DNA of 64,000 nucleotides from Zygnema circumcarinatum SAG 698-1b (Eukaryota; Plantae; Zygnematophyceae), in the NCBI GenBank assembly GCA_037447605.1, contig CM074808.1:3968001-4032000 (forward strand), read 5' to 3'. The position numbers and the translations under genes are program-made. Every line of letters starts with the position of its first letter. Positions within the stretch are counted from its first letter, which is position 1. Shown here one piece after another: positions 21,211 to 32,787 of the stretch. Below the pieces are notes generated by a model. It worked only from the letters and a program-made list of their open reading frames with translations. It was not told the DNA's origin and did not search any database.

Positions 21211-24200
21211 TCGTACAATTTAATCCATCCCCGAGTCCACCTGGACATTGGCCCCGTGGCTCCCTGAGCGCGCGATCCCAAGCCCGCCAAATCCACTTCT
21301 GCCAAAGTCGTCTTTAGGTTACCACGCGCCTCCGTAAAGACAAATTGGCCACTCAGACATTGCAATATGGATAGGCGTGCGAACAATGTTGAATTGGATG
21401 AATAGGCAAGGTCACCAACATCCTTCAGGAACAGACAATATGGGCATGAAACAACATGCAAGGGCAACTCCATAGCTCCACAAAAGCTGTCTCGAGACTC
21501 TTCTGTGGCAAAATTTCTGGCAATTCCAAGTGGTTGTATGGAGTCAAAATTTGGGTCAAACAACGTCTGATACCCTTTATTAGACCCCATCCCGCTATCT
21601 CTCAAGAAGCCATCAAGTCCCTTGTGGTCCCAGCATTGCTGGTTCACTGAACTGCACCTCCCTTAGCCTCTCTCACTCTCTCTCCCTCTCTCCCTCTCTC
21701 CCTCTCTCCCTCTCTCCCTCTCTCCCTCTCTCCCCCCCCCCCCACACTCCTTGCTGAACTCGAAGCACCTCCGTTTGCAGCTCTCGCCTCCTCCATCAGT
21801 TCCGTTCGCATGTCCTGCCTCATGAATGCAGCCACTCCCATTGGCCCCCCATGGATCCATCCTCTCCTTACGCAATTCACCGCCTACATCACCCTCGTGC
21901 TGGGCGACATCACACTCCCTACCGCGTTCGACATCATTTCCCAGAGGCCTGCCTCTCACGGGCTCTCTCTCTGCCATCCTAAGCTTCCCATCTCCGCCGG
22001 TCAATGCCTCCTCTGAACCAGTCACCATACCCTCATAATCCTCCATCGCTTCTCCCTCTCCCCCCTCTCTCCTGTCATCTCCCAAACCCTTCAATATGCC
22101 CATGCCATCTTCTAACAATCCTTCACTTGCCAGCTCCTCCTCAACCAGCACTCGGAGCGTCTCCTCCAAAGAACTTCCGCCGTCGGAATAACAAAGGCCC
22201 AGTCTCACCGCCATGACTTCATTTTCACTCACCCTTCTCACATCATCCTTCTCCTCCTCACTTTCAGTACGTTTAACCGCGACCTTTGCAAAAGATTTTG
22301 ATTTCTTTGACCCTTTTAATGAGCCAGTTTTCACTCGACGCTCGTCTCTTCCCTCTCTCTCCTCGTTCCCTACTCCTTGCATGGCTTCATCTTCAAGACC
22401 ATTTTCCTCCTTCACATCGCTTCCTTTCCCTCTCTCTTTGTCACCATTACTCAGGAAGTTTACTTCACAACCCATTCCATAATCTCTTCTACGTCCAGCT
22501 TCACTTTCTTCCAAGTTATCAGATAACGCATTTACGTGTTCATGCGACAGATCATGTCCAAAGAGAATTCCTTCTGATCGAAGTGATGAAGTCAAAGAAG
22601 CTGGTGGCCGCATATCACTGTTTGCTTTCACATCATTTGCAATGTGTTCCTTGAGTCCTTTTACTGTCATTAGTCCGATATTCACTGCATGGAAAAGCGC
22701 AACACAGACTGACTGAATTACCTCACCTGGAAACCATCCTGCATGCCGCCTATGTGGAGGAAGATCATAGCGCAATCAAAAGAACAAAGATTTCTCTAAA
22801 TTTGTAAAAAGCCTCAGAGCTGTACAGCCCGCTAATTATGCGACAATTCATCATAGTATTTCACTTGTGTAATGTTGGCCCAGCTCCACTCATAGTGAAA
22901 TCTTTTTACTCACCCACAGCATCTCGATCCATGAGGGCAGGCAAGAATTTTCGAACGTGGGCCTCTGCCTCCTCATCTGCTTTCAAAGTTTCACACTCGA
23001 ATGTGACATCAAGAGGTTCCGACAGCGAATTTGATGCTTCCCTGATGACGGATTCGTCCCATCTGCAAATAGAAACAAAAGACATTAAGATCAATTAGGG
23101 TAGATGAAGTGAAAAGAAGGGGGAAGGTAGAATGGGGAAGGGGGAAGGGGGAAGTGGGGAAGGGGAAGTGGGAAGAGGGGCAGGGGGGAGGGCGGGGAAG
23201 GGGAAGGGGAAGGGGGAAAGAGGGGGGAGCAGGGGGCGGGAAGGGGGATGGGGAGGGAAGGGTCGACCGCGAGAGAGAGATGAATCGGTGCATTAGTGAG
23301 ATTAGATTGAGACCAGAGAGCAATAGTTCGGTGCTGACGATGTTGGTTTCAAATGTTGGCAGCAACTCTAACCCTTCCTTGAAATGGTGATGTTTAACAT
23401 ACCCATGAATATCACAAGCTGAAGTGATACGCGCAGCATCATTCCCACGCCTCTCCACAAGTGTTGTGTTCTCCTCATTCGCCTAACAATTTTGGGAGAA
23501 TCATGACAGAGCACTTGAAGTCAATCACATTGCGTTTTCATATGGATAAAAGCGAAATTTACTAACAAACGAGTTCACAACTCCTGGGTAAATGACAGTT
23601 TCTAGTGGCAAACCCTGAAGTCCTGTCTGTTTTTGAACAGCTTATTAAAATTGTATTAATGAAAAGCTGGTGGGAAGAACGTCAGAGGAAACTTCTAGAT
23701 CTCATCTGTCAGAGATATAGTGATTTCGCAGAATCTCTGTAGATTTCACCAAAAAGAATTTCCGGTAATAAGCGCATAGCTCACCGCGAAGTCTATGATG
23801 GTGAGCGAAATGAGCCGGTAGTCCTCCCCGTGGCTACACTCTCTTTCACAATGCAGCTCTGAACACATGTTCTCCAAAATCCCATATTTTTTCTTTTAGG
23901 ATTCAAATCTGCACGTGAACATCACGAAATTCTCTCTTGTAACGAAGTGGCCCATAAAGCTAAGGCACGAAAAAAACAAGCCAGATTTGTTTAGTACGAA
24001 AAGTATGAAGCTCGGCGCTTTCCTTCTATCGCTCTACTCCCTACTCCCTCTCTCCGCCCATTCCCCCTCTTCTCTCTCACTCCCTCTCTATCCCGCCTCT
24101 CCTCCTCGCTCTTCTCACCCCCTCCCTCTCCCTTCCCTCCTCTCACCTCGACCCATTAGACCGAAGCACTTCCTCGTCCGCACATCGATGAAGTGCCCCG

Positions 24201-24252
24201 ACAGGTTGCCAGATGGCAGCAGGGCGATGGCCGCCACCCCGGAGGCCTCCAT
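21195..24252 (-). CDS. Conserved plant protein of unknown function with a long C-terminal extension
   Basis: Exons give MEASGVAAIALLPSGNLSGHFIDVRTRKCFGLMGR / ELHCERECSHGEDYRLISLTIIDFA / ANEENTTLVERRGNDAARITSACDIHG / WDESVIRE...VTFECETLKADEEAEAHVRKFLPALMDRDAV / VNIGLMTVKGL, matching a remembered land-plant family (GEDYRLI, FECETLKAD, DAVVNIG). Then ~300 aa acidic region and a probable last exon 21652-21195 (phase-2 join, tentative). Confidence 0.8.
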
Positions 24253-24489
24253 CAAACCCTAAACCCTGAATACCTAAACCTTAAGCCCTCAAATTACGCA
24301 AGGAGGATTGGCCCGACTGACTACCCAAGCCAACCCTAAATCCCGAACACAGCATTGCATTGCAAACCAAAAATAAGGTCAAACTTTCAAACCAAGTTTT
24401 CTAATTGCAAACCAGGAAGTGCCCTGAAGAAGGAACCCTAATGCACAAATCGAAACCCTAACCCTAATCTTGGCCTGCAATCCCCTGCT

Positions 24490-25160
24490 TCTGACGTGGC
24501 AGGCGCTGCGGCGTCCAAGCCAGCTGCCGGCAGGACGACGTCCCACGTGGCGGTAATGCCACGTGGCGCTTTTATGTGCGCCAGGTGGCAGGCCACGTGT
24601 GTCACGTCCCCTCTCTGCAGCAGTGGCAGGCGCCAGAAAGTGAGTCCATATCCGTACAGTGTCCGTACTGCGCTTTTCCATTGCGTCACTGGGAAAAAAA
24701 TGGTGAAATTCGGATCATGTCTGTAATACTCTTCCGAATAGGAATTTGAGCATTCAAGGCAAGCGAGAAATGTTTCAGTCTGCCCAAATTTCGGCGTGAC
24801 GACGAACCAAAAGATTCGGTCATATGAGTATCCGTACACGGGCAGAATATGGAAATATTTAATGACTGCCCGCCATCCAGTCTGTCTCGGTCAACCATGG
24901 GCTTGCGAGTCTTGCGAAACTCACATAACATTTGTCCTTGACCGTTCTCCTATCCCTGCCCGCCGGTCAAACCTTTGACTCCACAAACTGAAAATTTCCC
25001 TCTTTCAAATTTCTGCCCGCTTTGTTTGGAGGCGCCGTCAGGAGGCGCTGCAGGCGCGCCGCCCGCAGAGGGCACACTGTCCGCACGTGTGAAGGCCGCT
25101 CGAGCGCGCGACACGTGGCTTGCACGTGTGAGGGAGCCACGCCGTCGCGCCACGTGGCGC
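24490..25160. promoter_or_regulatory. G-box/ABRE cluster in a divergent intergenic region
   Basis: CACGTG at 24544, 24560, 24594, 25084, 25112, 25123, 25151, plus ACGTGGC near 24494. Confidence 0.5.
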
Positions 25161-25873
25161 GTGCCGCTGCATTCCACGGCCCTTCTCTTCCTCGTCTGCT
25201 GCCCGAAGCGGCCGCCATAGAGGCTGCCGCAGCGGGGGGTTGCTTCCCCCGCCCCCCCGTTCGGACTCAGGTTTTAGGGTTTTGGCGACCTTCTATTGCA
25301 AGTAAGCTCTCTCTCTTTCTCGCTCACTTCCCACCCCCTCTCTCACTCTCGCCACTCACTCTCTCTCTTTCTCTCCCGACCCCCTCCCGCTCTCTCTTCC
25401 CCCGTCTCTCCCACTCTCTCTCTCTTCTCCTCTCCCCACCACTCTCTACCTCTCTTCCCATTTCAATCCCGCTCTCTCTCTCTCTTTACCCCCTCGTTCT
25501 CTTCACCTCTTTCTCTCTCCACTCTGGCCCTCTCCGTCCCCCTCCCAGACTCTCGCGACCCTCAAAATGCGATTTTTTTGAACGAACAAACCTGTCACGT
25601 GTCTTCATCCACCGCTATCAGTCCCCCCCCTTCGCCTCCCTCGTCTTTCACAAAATGTGCATCTAAGTTTTAGCTGCCGCGTGGCTTCGTCTGGAATCTA
25701 GGGAGGGGGGTTGGGGGGGAGGAGGAGGAGGGGTGGGGCCGGAGACGGAGGAGGAGAAAGGAGGAGAGAAGGCAGCGCAGGGATCAAACACAATAACGGG
25801 AAGTTCCTGCCAGCTGTCAGGAGCTGATTGGTCACCTTTCTGCGACCTGGAGTGGTGCCACGTGGCAGAATTT

Positions 25874-28800
25874 ATGGCTGCCCCTCGCTGGTACTTGCAG
25901 TTTACGCGCCGCCTCCCGCCGCCTGGCAAGGGAAGCGCTTCTAAGTTAGGGTTTGGGGACCCTCCTTTCTCGAAAAAATGTGGACATCCAAATGTGAACA
26001 GTGCGCTGTCTCAAAGAAACACACGGTCGAAGGATCATAGGTGCGAAAATATGCAGGGTTTGTGTTTGATCTTTTTCTTGGGAGCTTAGTTTTGCTTGAG
26101 CAGAGGTTAAAGTTAAGGTTAGAGACCAAGGTTAGGGGTGTGATTAGGGTTAAGGTTTAGGATGAGGTCAAGGCAAAGACTTGGCTGGGCTTAGGGTTAA
26201 GGCCGAGAGTGAGATTGGGTTAAGATTGGAAGCGAGTTGTTGAGAACTTGGCAAAAGCTCGTGTTTTCTCTTGATCGATAAGAGCTGCAACCTTGAAAAG
26301 ATTGTGTTTGGTGCTGCAAATGTGAAGACTTTCTAAAATTCACACGAGAAAGTCTAGTCATTCAAGTGCTAGGGTTGATTAACAAAGGATGTTGTTTTCT
26401 CCTCTACTCCCTCAGCTAGGGTCACCCTTTTTCCTCTCTCCCCTTCTCTCCCTCTCATACTCCTTTTTAAACCCTTTCGTCACGTTACTTCATCGTTCAC
26501 ATAGTCAAACCTACTAGCCTCCTTTTTCTCTCAGCTCCAAAAACCAGACCCTAAGAATTCCAGAATCTTGAATCCCACATTTAGGGTTGAGAAGGGAGAA
26601 GGAAGGTTGAGGGGAAAAGGAAGGACTTAACTTGCGATCTCGTTCACAAACCTATAAGTCATGTTTGGCGTTCTTCATCGTCGGGTTTTTCATTCCTTCT
26701 TTTAGCCGTTATTCTGAGGAGGCTGTTTGAATGATGTTGAATGCGATCAGTTAAGTTAACTCGTCTGTTTCTTTTTGTTTCTCTTGAATTTCAGGAGAAC
26801 TGTTCTTGGCATGCCGGCCGTCTTTTTCGCCGCCATTATCATTGTGGGGGCTGCTGTTGCTCTAGTGACGTCAGCAGTGATGCTGCCGCATAGTGTGGGA
26901 GGTCTTCGGTACTTTGGAGAATCTATTTATTATAGAATTTATGCGCTATTTGGGTTTGAAGAACCTCTTATGGTGACAGAAAAAGGTGAGAATTTGAATC
27001 AAACTTGAATCTTCTGGGTGATCTTTAATGATAAGTTTCTTGGCATGGCACAATGGACGGCTCTTGAAGCTTCTTGGAAATGGACTTCCATGGAAGTTCC
27101 GTTCCGTTCCCTTTCTTCCTCTTCTGTTGCCTTAGACTATGTCCTCATGTTGGGTGAAGTGGGTCGGGAATGTGAGGTCCAGATTTGCAATTATTTCAGC
27201 GCGCTCTAGATAGCTCAAAAGAGTTTCAAATTCCGCATGGGCCTGTTAAGGTGAGCTTTTCAACTGGGATAAAAGCATTTGGATGTCCGTTGCTGGAGGG
27301 GAGGGCGGGGGAGGAAGAGCGAGAGAGGGAGAGAGCGAAAAAAAAAAGAAAGAAAGGGAGGGAGAGCGAGAACCTTGTGACTTGCTGACCCTGAAATCCT
27401 AAGGCTGCAAAGTTTATGACCCGGAAAGATTGGAAAACTCCAGTTCCGTACAAACCTGAAACTCTGGAAGCTTGCAAAAATCTTCAATCCAGAAAACCCT
27501 ACCAACTTCAAAGTTTTAAACTTGCAAACTTGCAGATTGCTTTCATGTTTCTCACGAGAGGACCGCTGCCACTCGCTCTTCTCTGGGAGCGTTTCTTCAA
27601 GTACGGCTTTTGCCCTAAAACCTAAAAATCCCGAATGTCTTTCAAACCCTAAATCTGAGTTCCATGAACCCTAATACGCTTCATGTTTTGAAGTCATTAA
27701 CATTCATCATCACGAAAATGAAGCAAAAAGAGGTTTCAGGCTTTCCTCTCTCTCTCTCTCTTTCTCACTCCCCTTCCCCTCCCTCCCTCCCTCCTCCCTG
27801 TTTCACCAAGCTTGAATGAATGAACAAAAAGAAAGCCTTGCTGTTTTTTTTGGTGGGCGGGTATATATATATATTCAGAGGCCATAACGATAAATATTCT
27901 ATTTACATTCATGCCGACCCGGGGTATACATATTCCAAAGGAGAGCTACCAAAGTCTTTTGTTGGTCGGGCCATTGCAAGTGAGGTATGATTTTTTCCCC
28001 TTTGCTTTTCTTGGACATTCCCTTTGGAATTTGAGGGGCTATTCAAGGAATTCTTCTTGGGGAATGGTTTTAGGGTTTGCAGGCCTGGTTAAAGGGCGAG
28101 TAAGGACTTTTAGGGTTTCTCAAGCTTATGCAATTCTTAGAGTTTTTTGAAGTTGCAGGGCTTCTAGAGCGTCTATGGCGTATAAAACCTATTGGCTTTT
28201 CAGGCTTCCATCAGATAATTAGGATTTTTCAGGGGTTCACACATTTAAGGTTTTTATGTGCTCTGCAGTTTTTAGAGTTTTGTTTTGGGTTTCCCTTATT
28301 CCTTTGGACTTAGACCATTCCTAGCAAGCGCTCTCTCTACACCCTGGAAGCCTTAGAAACCCTAAAAGCCACATTTGGGGTTCTCGCAAAAACCTCAAAA
28401 ATCTCATAAGCCTGAAAAGTGAGTTTGATCCCTTCTCGCCCCTCCTTCCCCCCCGCCCCTTTTCCCTCCCACTCTCTCTTTTTTTTTTCTCACCCTCTTC
28501 TTTTTGCGGTGGATGAACCTTTCTTTTTTTTGGCAGCCCGTGACCTGGTCCTCCCTCAGCATGGTGGCTGCCGAACGGAGACTATTGGCTACAGCACTCT
28601 TAGACCAAAAAAATTGGTATTTCGTTCTTCTTTCCGAAGCATGCATACCGCTGCATTCCTTCCCCACCGTGTACACATACATTACGAAATCGCGGTATTC
28701 CTTTGTTACCATTACGCAGCAGGAGGACACATGGAAACCGGACATGTTGCCGGAGGTTCCTTTGAGTCGGTGGAGGAAAGGAGATGAGTGGAAGGAGCTC

Positions 28801-29217
28801 CATCGATCGCTTGCCCTAATCGTAATTAACGACACGAAATATTTTAAGAAATTCACTCGCCATTGCGCATGCAGGAGATGTGATTGGCACAAGGTGGGTG
28901 CTTCGGATGAGCACTACATTCCCACTCTTTTGTTCAATTCCAGGTCTCATCTGTTGGCCAATAGGACGCTGACGTGGGTGGATTGGAAGAACCACGACCA
29001 ATGGGAGCACCCCCATACGTACCAACCTCAAGAAGTCACCAAGGCCTTGATAAAGGAGCTCCAAGGAATGACTATTTTTAGGCCCTTCGCATACGATCGA
29101 CCAATCGAATGCTCGCTTAGGGGCCAACCGCGGACTTGTTTTATGTTCGCACGGAAATTTGCAAATACAACGCTGCGGCCACTGTTGAGATTGGCGCCTT
29201 CCGTTATGGGGTACTAG
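25874..29217 (+). CDS. Core-2/I-branching GT14-like glycosyltransferase (BC10/DUF266 family), paralog 1
   Basis: Type II TM anchor GMPAVFFAAIIIVGAAVALV (26795-26985); GPDLQLFQRAL...PVK; [35 protein letters not shown]; final exon WSSLSMVAAERRLLATALLD...VLLSEACIPL...DEHYIPTLL...NRTLTWVDW...CFMFARKF. First exon 25874-25944 is tentative (phase-2 donor mirrors paralog 2); the alternative start is ATG 26811. Confidence 0.9.
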
Positions 29218-29764
29218 CACAACTGTGTATACTTATTCACTATGCAGTTAGGTAGAGAGTTGAAGGGGGGGGGGGGGAATTGGTCAGTGGGAGAGACCAG
29301 AGAGGGGAGAGGGAGGGGGGGGGGGGGAACAGGGAGATCTTGAAATGTGGGGACGCATGAACGGCGCGGTAGGTCGAGGCTCACATGTGGATCAGGAATT
29401 TTGAAACTGTCACTGGCGACATGGAACCCACCGATAATGTGACATTCAATGGCTTAGGACTGTAGGAGGTAGAAGGGAACAAAGTGAGAGAGAGAGAGAG
29501 AGAGAAGAAAGCGCGCGAGAGAGAGAGAGAGCGAGAGAGAGGCGAAGTAGAGCATAGGGATGAAGCGAACCGTCGGCCCGAAGTTTAGATGCAATCACAA
29601 TTGATTTTTTCTTTTTTTTAAATTCAAATCAGACGTTTTGTGTGCATTGAACCCCGTTGGGAGTGTCACTAATAATAAATAATATACCGCGCCCCAGTCC
29701 GATGGTCCGTGGAGCCGTGGCGTGCCGGGAATGGATGGCAGATGAATTTCCTTCTGAAGCTTAC

Positions 29765-29990
29765 ATAGCCACGCATGCATGCATCCCATCAGACATGCAT
29801 GCCGCATGTGTGCTACACCCATGCATGCATGCATGCTGCATCTATGTCCCTGAACCACGCACATGCCTTTAAGCGCATGCATATGTCTTTTCTACATGCA
29901 TGCATGCTTAGCCACCTGCTCACATTCCTACCCAGAGAGGTACACCCCTCCTGAGTCGTGATTCGTGGAATGCATGCATGCATACCTACC
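29765..29990. repeat. CATGCATG/(ATGC)n-rich tract
   Basis: At least six CATGCA-containing blocks between 29773 and 29985. Confidence 0.7.
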
Positions 29991-30197
29991 AAACATACAT
30001 ACATACATCCATCCATAATCATTCTATAGACCTTACAGTACGGAGATAGCGTACGGTGTGGGCTACAACCAATCAAAACGAGGAATTTGTCTACCGTACT
30101 GTCTAACGAAAACAAGTTTTGGAGTGCGCTTTTGCCGCTTTCAGGGTTGGGAGTTGCTCTTTTTGCCACGTGGCGGCCTCTCCTGCTTCTGGCGGCC

Positions 30198-32787
30198 ATG
30201 GCCGGCTCCCTCAGCAGCATGGCGGCCATAAGACCTCCACGACTTTCGCCATGGCGGCGCTGCGAGGCTGCAGTTGCCCCGCAGTGGTGAGACCTACGTT
30301 CCGGGGTTTAGGGTTGAGGGCTTGGAATGGGCGAGGGAGGAATAGTGGAGAGGGAAAGGAGGGGAGGAGGAGAGGATGTTAATGAGAGAGATTAAGGGCA
30401 AGAGAGAAAGAAGGGAAACGAGGGAAGAGTGTGTGTGTGAGTTAGAGAGGAGAAAAGCGAGGAGAGAGGGAGAGAGAGGGGGGGGGGGGAACGAGCTGCA
30501 GATGATGCGGAATGCAGTACTTCCATGGTGCACTTTCCAAACATTATTTTAAGGTTTTCACCTTCTATTGTCCCCCTTCTTGTCCAAATCATGCAGCAAT
30601 ATCAAAAGACCGTGAGATTGTTACGTTATATCTTTGTGCTTGCAAAAAAAGGGTGTTTTAGTGTTTCTTTGCCGGCAATATTTTTGTGTAGGCGCTGCGC
30701 AATCTCATGGAAACCGAGTTCAAGCCTCTGTTCAACTAATCTCGGTGCTGTCGCAGCAGCCTTTTACGGTGGAATCATGTTTCAAAGGTAAATCTCTCTC
30801 TCCCTCCCTCCCTCCCTCGTCACCAACCTGTCATTTCCGTTCCTCCTCCCCTTCCCCTCCTCTCCCCATCTCTCTCTCTTCTCCCCTACATAAAAGAATT
30901 GTGCAGAATTTCAACCGTAAAGCCTTAACCGATATTAAACGATAACAATTACTCCGGATATTGGGAAAAAACCACTTGTACTCAAATGTGGGCATTATAT
31001 CAAGAAAGTGCATGTGATTCCTTCCTTTGAACTGCAACATCCTCTGTTTGATTTGAGGGTTCAGGTCAGCAATGGAGGCATGCGATAGGAAAGCTTGTGA
31101 CTCGTCATGGCGGAAACTCGAAGTTTCGAATGTCGGATGGGTACAGACAAAACTCCCAGAATATCTAATCTCCAGCTTGAAAACAGGTTTTTAACTTATA
31201 AATGGCCTTCTGAATTCTGAAGAGTTTTTACACTTCATGGTCAGCGGATGTCTCGGTTCGTTTTCTTTCTCTAAAGTGGGACTGTTGTTCTTGAAATTCA
31301 TGAGAGTGAGTGTACTAGTAAGAGTGAGGGAAAGCGAGGGGAGGAAGAGAGTGAGTGATACACAACGAGCGAGAGGGAGCGCGCAAGAGAGAGGGGGAGC
31401 GAGAGAGAGCACGCATGAGAGAAGAGGGGGGAGAGAGAGAGGGCAAGAGAGAGAGGGGGGGACGTTATCCATAGTTTCATGCCATAACTCATATATTTTG
31501 CTCTTCCTTATGAACCGCAGGACCCGGAAGGCATTTTGGCGGCCCCTCAGCCGGGCCATATTGCTCGAAGGTCTCGGCAAAAGCAGCTGGCGGAGGACGA
31601 AGTTGTGAAGGAGGCGGAGGCGAAGGAGCTCAAGAGAGAGCAGGAGAGGCGCCAGATTGCCAGAGAGGTGAGTCATCTCTCTCCGTCCCCCACAGTCTCT
31701 GTCTCTCTCTCTCTTCCCTCACTGTCTCCCTCTACCTGTCCCCCTCTCCCTCCGCTCTCCCACTCGCCCTCTCGTTCCTTTCGTCTCTTTCTGACACACT
31801 CTCTCCCCCACTCTCTCCGTCGCCTTCACTTTTGCTCCCCCTCATTCCTTTCTACCCTCCTATAGTCGTCACATAACGCACTTCAACCCTAAATCCTCCT
31901 TGCGATCTTCTCCCTCTGACATGTTCCGAGGTGGACCCGCATTCCACCTGTGCAGGCCCGGGTGGTTCCGAGTTCAACCGTGGATCTGATCGAGTACTTT
32001 CTCCAAACGGAAGTTCAGGAAATTGAGTACGAAATAGCCCGCTGTCGCAGTCAACTTAACAACGTTTTTTTCGAAACAATTCGATCGGAAATGGGGATGC
32101 TTCGCTTTAGTGAAACTCAGTCACAAGAAAATTCGGATCGGTTGGCGGAATTAGAGGCATTGGAAGCAGCTTTGAAGAGCGGTATTGGTGAGGACATTAC
32201 CAAACCCAAAAAAACGAAAAGACAATGTGAACTTTGAAACCCTAAAGGAGCGGTACACTGTAACCCTAAAAACTGACTAAGAATTAGCCGAAATTTGGGT
32301 TTTTGCAGAGGCTTACGACCGGTTTTCCGACGCCATTGTGGGAAGGAAGGAAGCCCTTGAGCAAATATTTTTTTCAAAGGATAAAAAGGCGACTCTTTTG
32401 GAGCTTTCTACCCAAAATCTTCTTGACCGGCCCCTTCTCGCTCTTCTCGACCAAAATATTGCAGCTGCCCGAGCAGCGGAAGAGGTGCGCTTTTTTTCTA
32501 TGTTTCTTCACTCCTCCTTTCCCACTCCCACTCCCCCTCCCTTCTTGACTCCCGTTCTTATCACAGGGTGCATTGCTCAAGGTGGTTTTTTTACTTAGAC
32601 GGCGTGAGTAGAAAGATCAGAAATTAACAGTTAGTGACATTTGTTGTATTGATGTGGTTTGCTGCTGTTCCGTTAAGTCTGTTTGGTTTTTACGGTGTCC
32701 TATGTGTTGCTCCCTCCGTTGCAGTCGCAAGCGGTGGAGTTCATGGAGAAGCTGCGAGGGGCAATCTTGAAATATATTACCGTTTGA
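30198..32787 (+). CDS. Conserved green-lineage, probably plastid, protein of unknown function
   Basis: Exons give transit-like N-term MAGSLSSMAAIRPPRLSPW..., then VGW/DPEGILAAPQPGHIARR, DLIEYFLQTEVQEIEYEIARCR...LRFSE...DRLAELEAL, EAYD...KATLLEL...LLALLDQNIAAA, AVEFMEKLRGAILKYITV*. Matches a remembered land-plant family ending VLKYLTV. 5' exon structure less certain. Confidence 0.85.
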
